A stretch of 64,000 nt of DNA. Origin: Cyanophora paradoxa CCMP329. Its lineage: Eukaryota > Plantae > Glaucophyta. The translations under genes were made by a program, and so were the position numbers. Location of the stretch: assembly GCA_004431415.1 (NCBI GenBank), contig QPMI01000572.1, positions 124,001-188,000 on the forward strand, given 5' to 3'. How positions within the stretch are numbered: position 1 is the stretch's first letter; each line of letters begins with the position of its first letter. Under the pieces are notes generated by a model. That model worked only from the letters and a program-made list of their open reading frames with translations. It was not told the origin of the DNA and did no database searches. This document shows positions 24,901-39,023 of this stretch, in pieces.

Positions 24901-27804
24901 CGGGGGTACGGGGCGGACGCGGAGGATGGACTCGACGCGGCGGGCGAGGGCCGAGGCCGAGGTCCGGGGGGACGTCGAGAGCGCCGAGGCCAGGCTGGGA
25001 AGGGGGGTAAAGCTTAGGCTCAGGCGCCGGGCCGACGGGGAGGGTGGGGGGGACCTCATGGGGCGGCCGCCGGGCGGGGGGCTCCCCGCACGGATGAGGA
25101 GCGCGGAGGGCCCCGCGGAGGAGGCCGAGGGGCCGCCGAGCCAGTCGGCCTCCTCAGGGTCCGAGTCGGGGGAGCCGAGGAGGGCCCCCAGGCCCGACGC
25201 GCTCAGCGACGTGTTCGACGCTGCGCACGAAGGAGGGGGGGGAGGCGGCTCAGATCGCCTTGGAAACGAATACGACCCGAGCGGGCCGGGGGCGGACCGA
25301 CGACGAGGAGCGGGGTGCCGGAGGGGACGCGGGCGAGGGCGGCGGCGACGTGCTCGGCGGCGCGCTGGCTCGAGGCGAGGGCGGAGCGCTCGACCTCGGG
25401 GAGGTAGAGGATGCAGGCGCCCTCCTGCGAGGAGAGCCGCTGGGCCGCCTCGAGCGCCCGGTCGAAGCAGTCGCGCAGGTCCAGCGCGGCGGGGCCCGGC
25501 GAGGGCGAGCGCGGGGCGAAGAGCGGGCGCGCGGGGGGCGCCCCCGGGGCATCCGAGAGCAGCATCGACGTCGAGCTCATGATCGACGCCGTCGACGGGA
25601 TCTGAGGGGCGAGGCGATCAGAGGGAGGGCCGAGGGGCGCGCTGGAGGGGGATACAAGAGGCGGGGCGGACCAGGCTGGTGAGCTTGGGCTGGGGCGGCG
25701 GCGGCTGCTGCCCCCGGGAGGCGACGACGGAGGGGGAGGAGCCGGCGGGGCGGAGGTCGGCGGCGCGGACGGGGCACGCGGGGCCGTCCTCGCCGCCCGC
25801 CCCGTCGGAGTCGAAGCGCACTCTGACCTCGTCGCGGAAGCCCTCGCGCGCCTCCGGCACCGACACGACCGCTGCGGCGGCGGGCGAGGGCGGTCGGGCA
25901 GGCGAGGGAAAGAGCGGCGGGGCGGGGGGCGGGGGGGTGGGGGGCGGAGGGCGCACTGCCGAGGTCGCCGGGGCGGGGCGCCGGGCCGTCCGACCCGGCC
26001 TCGAAGACGCCGACGAACTGGACGCGGTCGCCCCGGCGGAAGGCGGCGGGGCCGACGGAGGGGCGGGGCGAGCCGCGCTCCTCCTCCTCCGCCTCCGCCG
26101 AGGCCGACCGCAGCGCCGCCATCGTCGCCTCGATCTCCCGCTGCCCGCCCCGCGCGTGAGCCCTCGAGCCAAACACAGCCCGACGCTTGGAGGCTGCTAT
26201 CAGGCCCCCTAAAGCACGCTCCCGCTTGAAGCTTCCAAACCCGTTGAAGCTGAATGTCTAGCTCTAAGCTTCCCAGCTTATCGGAACTCGACACTGGGAG
26301 GAATTCGTTCTAAATTTGATCTGAGGCGAACCTTGATGGCCGAGAAGCCGCGGACGGCGCCCTCGACCGCCTCCTCGGCCCCGGCGGCGCCCTGGGCGCC
26401 AGCCGGCGCCGGCGGCGGCGAGGCGCTGGGCGCCGGGGGCGGCGAGATCGAGGCCAAGCCCGTGTGCCGCGCCGACAGGATCGCGCTCACCTGCCAGGCG
26501 CCCCCGTGAGCGCCGCCGCGGCCGCGGCCGTCGCGCCGGGGGAAGAGGCGGGCGGCGGGGCACCTTCTCGGCGTTCGAGAGGTCCGTGCGGTCCTGCAGG
26601 AGGCGCGCCGCCTCCACCTGCGTACCAGGATGGGCGGGGGTGGGGAGGAGGGGGAAGATGGGAGGGTACCTCGGCGGGGGTGACGGCTAGCCAGGAGCTG
26701 GCGGCGGTGGGGGCGAGGACGGGCGGGGTGCGCCGGACGATGCCGGCGAGGCGGGCCGCGGGGCGACGACGGAGGCGGGCGGGGCCCCCGCGGGGCGGGG
26801 GCGTCCCGGCGGCGGGGGTACTGCTTCTCCTCGAGGGCGCGCTCGCGCGGCGGGCGTCGAAGGTGACGAGCGGGCAGCGCATCGCCTTCGCCAGGCTCTG
26901 CACCAGCATTTCCGCGTACCGCTCCGTGCCTGCGGGGCCCGCCGGCCGCCTCAGCGGGGGCGCCGCCGCGCGCAGCCGGCGCGCGCGAGGCGCGCACCGG
27001 ACTGGCCGCGCAGGAGCACGCGGGGGCTGGCCCACGAGAGCCCTTCCGCGTAAGGCACGAGGTCGGGGCGCCGCAGGTGCAGCGCGGCCTGCGGGGCGCG
27101 GCTCGAGCGGGGTGGGGGCGATTCGATCTGGCGGGGCGATTCGATCCGGGCGCACGCAGTTCTCGAGGAGCTCGCGCGTCTCTGGCGCCACGTAGAACTG
27201 CGAACGGCTCAGAGAGCCGCAACAGGCGGCGACGTCAGGAGCAGCGCCGCACCGGCAGCTTGTCAAACGTGGCCCAGCGTGGCGACGGCTGCTGCCGAAT
27301 CTGCAGGAAATCTTCATCGCCGGCGCTGGCAGAGCTCGCGACGGGCCTGCTGCTGATCCGGTCGTACACTGGCAGGCCGCTGGAGCCGACGCCGCTGTCA
27401 TCGTCGCCCAGCGCGCTGGAACTTGACAGCGGCGACGACCCTTGGTTTGGCATGCCGTTCGGGGCGCTTGGTTCGCTGCCGGGGGCTGCCGCGGCTCCAG
27501 CGGGGCTTGCACATGACACCTCTACGAGCTCCGCGACGACGCGCTCCGCCCCGCCGGCTCCCCCGCCAGATCGGCGCGGCGGCCCGAGATACGAGAGCCG
27601 CTGTCGCAGCGGCGCGCTGAAGCCCATGAAAGACGAATTCCTGATTTGCCGCTGCGCAATCCTGTGCTGCCGAAGGACTGATGGGAGCGATTGGTGGTGG
27701 TGGTGGTCGCGGGAACCCCGTTGGAGCACGGCTGCTGGTGCGGGTGCGACCTGTGATACCGCCGCCGCCGGCGGCGCGATGGCGAACGCTGGACCGGCCG
27801 GCAT
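21997..27804 (-). CDS. Msp1/ATAD1-related (plant-type, long) AAA+ ATPase with a possible N-terminal plastid transit peptide
   Basis: Spliced: [118 protein letters not shown]. Upstream block FYVAPETRELL...GPAGTERYAEMLVQSLAK is typical of the long plant forms. ATG at 27804. Confidence 0.9.
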
Positions 27805-27983
27805 GATCCTTTCCGGGTACGCAATGTTTCCAACCGGGTACACTCAACAGAACAAAGCCGAGGTGAGCCGCCCCTTCCGCGTCCCCGGCGACTCCCGCGG
27901 CACGCCGCAAGGCAGCTCGCGCAGTTGCAACGCGAACTCAGCTTAATCGGCGCACCACACAGTTTCCGTACACGAAAGGACGA
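27805..27983. promoter_or_regulatory. Putative bidirectional promoter (AAA ATPase / malic enzyme)
   Basis: Only 179 bp separate two divergent predicted start codons. Positional inference only. Confidence 0.5.
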
Positions 27984-31372
<3,389 letters not shown>

Positions 31373-31585
31373 GCGGGCATCCCGGCGGGCCCCGCCGCTT
31401 TCTCTCGTGGCGCGAGCGACGCGCCGAAGGACGCGCATGCAGTTCGCAAGCATCCGCCGCACATTTCTAAGTTTCTGAACCTGTCACCCACACCCTTTCC
31501 CCTTTTCGGCATAAAGAGCAGTCAGCTAGCTTATGGAATTGCACAGTAAAAACGTAAACAGATCAGCGCGCATTCCGAACAGTGC

Positions 31586-33359
31586 TCAAGAGCAGCGCTC
31601 GAACCTGGGGGCCGCCGGGGCTGGCTTCGCCGCGGTTGACGTCGCGGCTCCAGAGACGCCCACCCCCCCCGAGGGCTCCGCCTCCTCTTCGAGTTCGGTT
31701 CGCGTCCGCTTGGCGCCGCGGGTGCCGACGTCGATATCGGGCTCGGGCCCCTCGGGGTGGGCGGCGCCAGCACTGGGGCTCGAGCTCGAGCCCTGCTGTG
31801 CGGGGCCGGCCGCCCCACCGGCCCCCGGGGCCGAGGCCGAGCTCGAGCTCGAGCTCGGGCTCGGCGAAGGCTGCCCGAAGAGGCGGCACCCGCCGGGCCC
31901 CGCAAGGTACACCTGCGCCGCCCCCCGGTCTGAGAGAGATCGGTCGATCGGGGGGGGTCCAGCAGGCCGAGGCCACGCGCGCACGAAGAGGCGGGCGCGG
32001 GGCGGCAGGCGCATCGCGGCGAACTCGGCGGCGACGTGCGGCCGGTCCTCCCACACGTGCACCTGGCCCCAAGCTGATGAGGGGCGGGAGCTCAAGGGGG
32101 CCAAGGGGGCCGCAGCTACCTCGTTCACGCGGGGCAGCAGGTGGAGCATCTGGGGGGCGTGAGGGAAAGCGCAGGAGGGGCCGGCGGCCGGCGGTCGCAG
32201 GGCACCGCCTCGATCTTCAGCATCTTCTCGCCGCCTGCCCGGCCGCCGCATGCAGAGAGGAGTCAGAGGAGGCCCATGAAAGGGGGCGAGAAGCGCCGCG
32301 CGCGAGACGGACTGTCGGGGTGGAGCCGCATCATCCTGCGCATGCGCGTCGCGCCTTAGGCAGGCGCCGGCGATGGAGAGCTCGAGGGGCGCGGCGCCCG
32401 AGCCGCGCACTTGCCGCGCCCCCCGGCGCCCGTCGTGTTTGCGCCGTGCTTGTAGAGGATCAGCCGGAAGAAGCGCACGCCCGCCACCTGCGCATGCGGG
32501 ATAGCCGGCGGTCTCAGCTCCGAAATCTAGCTCCAATTGAAGCAAACGCTTGCGTACTGTGTCCAACACGTACTCTACGCCCCCGCTGCAGTTCTTGTCT
32601 CGCGACGTGAGAATCTGCGCGAGCGGCCGGCCGCGGGGCGACTTCAAATGCGGCCGCAGCGCCTGGATCGGAGGCCGACGGGGAGGCGCTCGCGGACCCA
32701 CGTGTGCGCCTCGGGGCGCTTGATCTCGCGGAGAAAGTCGGGCAGCGCGGGGCCGGGCTTCGACTCCATCGGCGGCAGGAGCGTCTCCGCGCGGCCCTGC
32801 CGGGGCGCCGCAAATTCGCACCGAGATTTGATCCGAGGGCTTTCGCGCGCACCGACCACTTGTCGCCGAAGGGCCAGGCCTTCCCGGTGCGCTCGAAGTA
32901 CATACGCGCACCCTCCTCGCCCTCCGGCGTCATAAAGAGCGTGTTGTCGAAATCTGCAGGCTTTGCCGATAAGCCGATGTCTCTGCCCCCCCCCTCCCCC
33001 CCCTCCCCCCCCTCCCCATAAGCCGAGTCGCCGCGCGCGAGCTAGAGCTCGAACGGGCGCAGCCCCCTTTCGAGAGGGCCACCACGCGCACCGAAGATGT
33101 TCTGAGAAACGGCGAATAGTGAACGAGAAACGCGCGTACGATTCGATCGCTTAGCGTAAGAATGGATCCGGAATTCGGAATTCGAAGCGCTCGAATCAAA
33201 GCGCGCGCGCTCACCAGCCTGCATGAGCTCTAAAACGAGCAGAATGAGGGCGGCGGCGATGCGAGCGCACCGGGTAACCTCGTTCGCCGGCGCCTCCTTC
33301 CCGCTGTAGACGAGCTTGCCCTTGATGCTTTTGAGAACCTGGGTCTCACAGTAAGCCAT
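31586..33359 (-). CDS. HAD-superfamily phosphatase, Swiss-Army-Knife RNA-repair-like (HAD_SAK_1) type
   Basis: Two micro-exons reconstruct motif I RLNIFDFDNTLFMTP. Then TGKAWPFGDKW-GRAETL, motif II WV-LTSR and motif IV VHVWEDRPH. Start codon uncertain (could lie further upstream near 33525). Confidence 0.7.
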
Positions 33360-33591
33360 ATTGCGCTCCTGCTTCCGCTCCGGCACCTGCGGGAGCGTAG
33401 GCGCGGCGGCGCATTCAGGAACGCGCGCAAAGACCTAGCTCTGGCAGCGCACGCGGTTTGTCCCGATCATCCTTAAGCTTTGGCGTCGTTGCTTGATTTG
33501 CTTGTACCCCTCGACCGTCCAGCATTGCAAGCTTCAATCTTATCCAGCACCGGACCAGCTCGAACCGCACCAGTTCTCGCCGCACTGCTCG

Positions 33592-36500
33592 ATGAAGTCG
33601 TCTCGTTCTAGCTCGGGCCCCGGCCGGGCGTCCCAGCCGGGTGCAGCGCGCTCGTTCGACGGCGCCGGGATGCCGGTCCACCAGTACGCGTATGTCATTT
33701 CAGACTTGCATATCAACTCTTCATGGATCTCTGGCAATCGATACACGTACGTACCGAGTCAAGGGATCCGTTAGTCGCGGCCGCGGCCGCTTAGCTGGCA
33801 TCGGCGGTTGCGGCCACCACCGCGGCACGGTCAAAACGAAGCCTAGCAATCGTTTGAACGCCATTCGGGGCGCGCGGGATGACCTTCGCTCGCGCGCAGC
33901 GAGCTCTTCAAGTTCATGGACTGGGTTGTCAAGCCGCAGATGAGCAACTGCCGCGTCCTCGTCATGCTCGGCGACGTTATCGAGACCTGGCAGGGTCCGC
34001 CGACTCGCCCCCGGCCGCCCCGGGCGGCTCGGCCGCGCGCTGACATGACCTGGCGGCCGGCCGCCGACCGCCGCGCAGCGCCCTTCTCGAAGATGCCGCA
34101 GACGCTGCAGGAGATTGTGGAGACGCGCGAGTGCCGCAAGTTCATCGGCTTCCTCCGCGAGGCCATCCAGGTCCCTAGACTCCGGCCCCCTTGACCCGGC
34201 CCGCGCCGCCCCGCCCTGCTCAGGCAGGCCCCGCAGAACGGCATCCGCGTCGTGTGGGTCCGCGGCAACCACGGTCCGCACGCGTACCCCTCCAGCTCGC
34301 GCGATCGCTCGCGTTGCGTGCCTATCCCCCCCCCCTCACTTGCCCGCCAGACTACGCTGTTGGAAAGAAGGAGGTTCAGAAGTGGGCGGCACCCCCCTCG
34401 CACGCCTTCCCTGCGTCCCCGACGAGCGTACCCCCTGCTCGCAGGTACTTCCACCCGGAGATCGAGTTCGCCGACGACATCTACTCGGGGGTACACCGCC
34501 CGAGCCGGGTGGTCCGGGGTACGCCGGTCCCTGACGGGGCCCGGCGGGCCGCGTGCAGATCGCCGGCGTCTCGATGGCCCACGGACAGTGCGCTGCGGCA
34601 GCCTCCCCCCGGACCCGCCCCGGCCGTCCGCCGCCTGCCCGCCTGAGATCGCCGTACCCCGCAGCAAGTACGACCTGTTCAACCGGACGTCGGACTACAA
34701 GCCGAAGCTGCCTTTCACGCCCATCCAGGACCAGCCCCTTGGATACTACCTCTGCCGCTCCGACGAGACCGGCCGCACCCTCGTCGGCGGCAGCGTGCGC
34801 CCTTATCCCGTACCCCCTCCGGCGCCCCTCCGGCGACGACGCCGAGCCCGCTGCAGGCCCCCTCGACGAACGTGAACAACGACGTGTCCGATTTCGTCGG
34901 CTGGATGACGACGGCGATGCAGGTTCGAGCCCTCCGGGGTCCCTTTTCCCTCGACCGGTTCGGCCGAGCCGGCCCGCCCGCAGCGCGGCGGCGTGCCCAA
35001 GCGCCCCATCCTCGAGCTCATGGTCTCCAAGGTCCGCGTACCCCCCATTTCGGCGCAGGGGCTCGGGTCGACGCGCGTACCCCGCGCGGCGCAGGCGTGT
35101 CGGCTTCCGTACTGCAAGATCGCCAGCATGAAGATCAAGGACCGCGCCTGGTGCGGGGTACAGCGGGAAACGGGAGGTTTCCGGGGGCCGCGCGAACCCC
35201 GTACCCCCGCAGGACGCCCTTCGGGGGGGACGAGGGCGTGCCCTGCGAGATGACCGTGGACCAGGCGCGGCGTACCCCCGGTCCCTCCCCCCCGCGCCCC
35301 TCCGCCCCTGACGCGCCCCGCCACAGATGGTCACGGCCTGGGAGGGCCTCTTCGACGCCGTCAACGACAAGGGTGCGCGCGGGGGGCACCGCGCTCGGTC
35401 GCGGCTAGCGGCGGGCTCACAGGAGTACGCTTCCTGCTCCGCATGCGCAGGCGCCGATTATTTCCGCAAGTCGATCGAGGCCTCCCTGGGCAACTACGAC
35501 GAGCGCGTACCCCCGCGTGCTCCGCGCCTCGAATTTCGTGCCCCCTCATCCCGTACCCCCCGCAGGTGGCTCGAGGACGAGACCGAGTTCCCCCCGGTGC
35601 GCCCCCGTACCCCCGTACCCCGTATCTCTTGTACCCCCACCGATCCTCCCCCCCCGCTCAGAACTCGCTCGTGGTCCGGTCGCCTCCACATTCGAAGGGC
35701 CCCCCGCCGCGCCCTCCGACCCCTGTACCCCCGCAGATCTTCGGCCACACGCACCTGCCCGTCGTGCGCAAGGTCGGCAGCCACATCTACTTCGTGCGCC
35801 AGTAGCCCCCTTCTCCCTCGCCCCCGCCCCCTTGCTCCGCCTGAGGCCCGCCGCTTGCGCGTGCAGAACTCCGGTGCGCGCCTCGCCGCGGGGCGCCGCC
35901 TCCTCCTCCACCTCCTCCCGCCCACCCCCTCCGTTTCCTTCACCCCCCGCTCACCCCTCGCCCCGCCCCGCAGGCGGCTGGGTGGACGACGTCAAGGAGA
36001 ACGCCACGTTCATCAAGGTACCCCCCTCCCTCCTGCTCGGGCCGGGGGGCGGGCGGCCCGGAGTGCGAGGGGGGCGCCGCAGGTCGAGCTGGACCCGACG
36101 TCGCCGACCCTCCGCGCCCTCGTCACCCCGGACGGCCGCGTGCGCGCCCCCGCCCGTCCGAGCGGCCGGGCCGAGCCGCGGCTTCTGCTTACGCTCGCGC
36201 AGCCGCCGGTGGAGCTGCTGAACTGGTACAGCCCGACGGTGCAGAAGCCGTGCGCCCTCACCGCCAGCTCGGGCACCGTGCGCCGCCCCCGTCCCGGTTG
36301 AAAAGAGGCGCGGCGCCGACGCGACGCGGGGTGGCGGGGCGCAGCACATGCTGGCCGGGGGCATCGGCTCGGGCATCTCGGGCCTGGTGCTGGACCCCAA
36401 GGCCCGCCCCGGCTCCCAGGCCGGCCGTGCGCGCCCCCGCCCCGCCCGCAGGCGCCTCCTCCGCCCAAGCGGGGGCGGCGGGGGCCAGAGCTGCTGGCGG

Positions 36501-37568
36501 ACGGACACGTGCGGAAGATGCTGCCCCTGCTGCCCCTCGCCCGCATCCTCCCCGAGCTCGCCGCGTCCGCCCCGCCCCGCCCGACCAGGGAGGGAGCCAG
36601 GGCCGCCGACGCGGCCGCGCAGGAACATGCGGCCCTGCGAGATCGAGGAGGAGTCGATGCTGACGCGCTGCATCCCCGCCCTCGGCCGCCTCGACTTCGA
36701 CGGCTCCGTCGTGCGCCCCGCGGGGCCCCGCCCTCCGAGCCCCCCGAGCCCGGGCCGACTTCTTCTTCTTCTTCTCCGCGCAGGACCTCTTCATGCTGGC
36801 GAACTTCAAGTGCCCCAAGTGCGAGAAGGTGCGGCCGGCGGGTCTCAGAGAAGAGGGCCGCCCGCCCCGCCCTCAGCGCTTCCCCGCCCCCGCCCGGCCC
36901 CGCCGGCGCAGGTGACGGCGCTGCGGTACCGGGAGCTCACGCAGCGCCTCAACGCCCTCAACGTCGACGTCAACATCGGCGGCGCCAAGCTCATCGGCGC
37001 CGTGCCCGCCCCGCCCCGCGGCCCCGCCCCGCCCCGCCCAGCCCAGCCCCGACGCTGACGCTGACCACGGCGCGCGCCCCGGCCCGCCCGCAGTACCGGA
37101 AGCTCCTCACCTGCAACAACCCGCGCTGCCTCCAGGTGCGGCCGGCCGGCTGCCGCCACCGCCCCCCGTCCCGCCCCCGCCCCCGCGCCGACGGCGCCGG
37201 GGCAGGTGTACGCGAGCTCGGAGGGGGGCAAGAAGCCGGTCTCGCAGACGCAGGCCGTCGACCTCCTCGTCGCCTTCGTCCAGGTCCTCCCCCCCCGGCT
37301 CCCTCCCCGGCCCGCGGGACCCGTGCAGGCGCCCCGCCGCCCCTCTAGCTCTACATCTAGTCCTCTAGCTCGGGGGCCCGCTGCTAGCGGTGCTCGGCTC
37401 CGGCGCCGCGTGACGGGGCCGGCCGCGCAGCTGCTGAACGAGCCGTGGAAGAGCGGGGACGAGCACAACCGGAAGATCAAGGGGGACCACATCGCCGCCT
37501 TCGTCCTCTCCCTCCAGTCCAACTTCCCCTCCCTCGTCGTCAACGCCGCCGCCGCCGCCAAACGCTGA
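33592..37568 (+). CDS. Calcineurin-like metallophosphoesterase (LpxH/YbbF-like) with a C-terminal four-Cys Zn-ribbon-like region
   Basis: Spliced motifs VISDLH, LVMLGDVIETW, VRGNHD, MAHGHKYDLFN, VIFGHTH and YFNSGGW. C-terminal FKCPKC ... LTCNNPRC. TGA at 37566-37568. Confidence 0.8.
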
Positions 37569-39023
37569 TCATGAGCGCGCGGCGCGCCTCCGCCCGCGGC
37601 TCGCGATCGAGGGGACGCGAGCTCCTCGGCCGGGGTATTCGTGTTCTTTGCACTCGTGGCTTTCGGTAGTTGGACAGCAGCTGTAATCCGACAGCCGTTG
37701 TTTACAAAGGCGTATACGTATTGGATATGATTGGAAACGAATTCGAACATCTCGCGCGCGTGCCCGGGACCGGTGCCTTTAAATTTAAATTTGCGCATGA
37801 AATTCATTGATCAGTTGGCGCCGCCGGGCCGCCGGGCCGTCCGACGGTCATGGCGTGCACCCGGCCCCCCCACCCACCCACGCGCGCACGCATATATCAG
37901 CTACTAGGCTAGCTATAAATCTTTGTTATAGATATGATAGCAATACGTACATATGTATACGTACACACGCACTACATTTGAAATTGACATCGGAATTCGA
38001 ATTGAGAGCTACGACGTTGGCTCACAGCCTGAGTCACAGGCTGACGTGTGCGGGTCCGGACGTCGACAGCTCTGTACACATGTACAAACTACGGGTCAGG
38101 ACGGCTCTCTACAACATCTGCATGGACAAGAGATCGATAACATGCCAACGTGTATCGATCACGATGTATCGCCGATGCCAACGTGAGAAAGACCACGAAT
38201 TCGAAGGGGCAACACGGGCTCTACTTCTACATGTACATCTCTCCCTGCCATGGGTCACGAGCATGTACAACGGTACTACACATACGGTACAACAATCGCA
38301 AGGGATACGAATCGAATAGAACGCCGACTGCCGGAAATGTGCACTAGTTGATTATACTGTTTTTGGTAATACTGATGATGAATCGCCACGATTGATGAAT
38401 GTGAAATAGAAAGAGATGCGGTACATGCATATGCAGGGGAAAGTCGAGGAAAGCGAAAGGGATCGATCGACTGGAGATGAGGAGCTGCCGAGCCTGTGTT
38501 GCGGTGGTTATGTTGCGCTATGTATACTCGGTCGATCTCCGGGAAATTGTAAGTAAGGTACGGCACGCGAATAGGTACGTACACTACAATCTCTAGATCT
38601 GCGGCTGTGTGAAATATATAGGCGAAAAGAAAAGCTCTCACAAGTTCTGAAAGCGCTTCATTCTCAACCGGATCACAACTCAGGACCACATGCATGGATA
38701 TACAAGTAGCAAACGAAATGCATCTTATCTGTGCTTTACAGGGACTAAGTACATACTGTGAGCGATACGTAAACTGTCGATGATCCTTATATACACTAGT
38801 ACTAGTACTAAAGAACACGCACGATGTAGGTCCTGTGGGGTGCTTGCTTAGGTCTTCTGACACTGCGAGTGTTCTTTCAATGCACGAAATAATTAATGCA
38901 GAAAAGCGAAAACAAGGAAAAAGAGGGGAAAAAACTATGGCGCCCCGAACGTAGCGGATCGGATAGAAAGAGAGATGGATAGCGATAGATGGAGAAAGGA
39001 GGGGCGCGCCCCGCCGCGCTCGC

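Noticed and set aside
37807-38863. ORFs in the AT-rich spacer between convergent genes (37807-38319 +, 38276-38863 -)
   Set aside because: No recognisable motif, atypical codon usage, and no transposase or terminal repeats that I could identify. A decayed element cannot be excluded.
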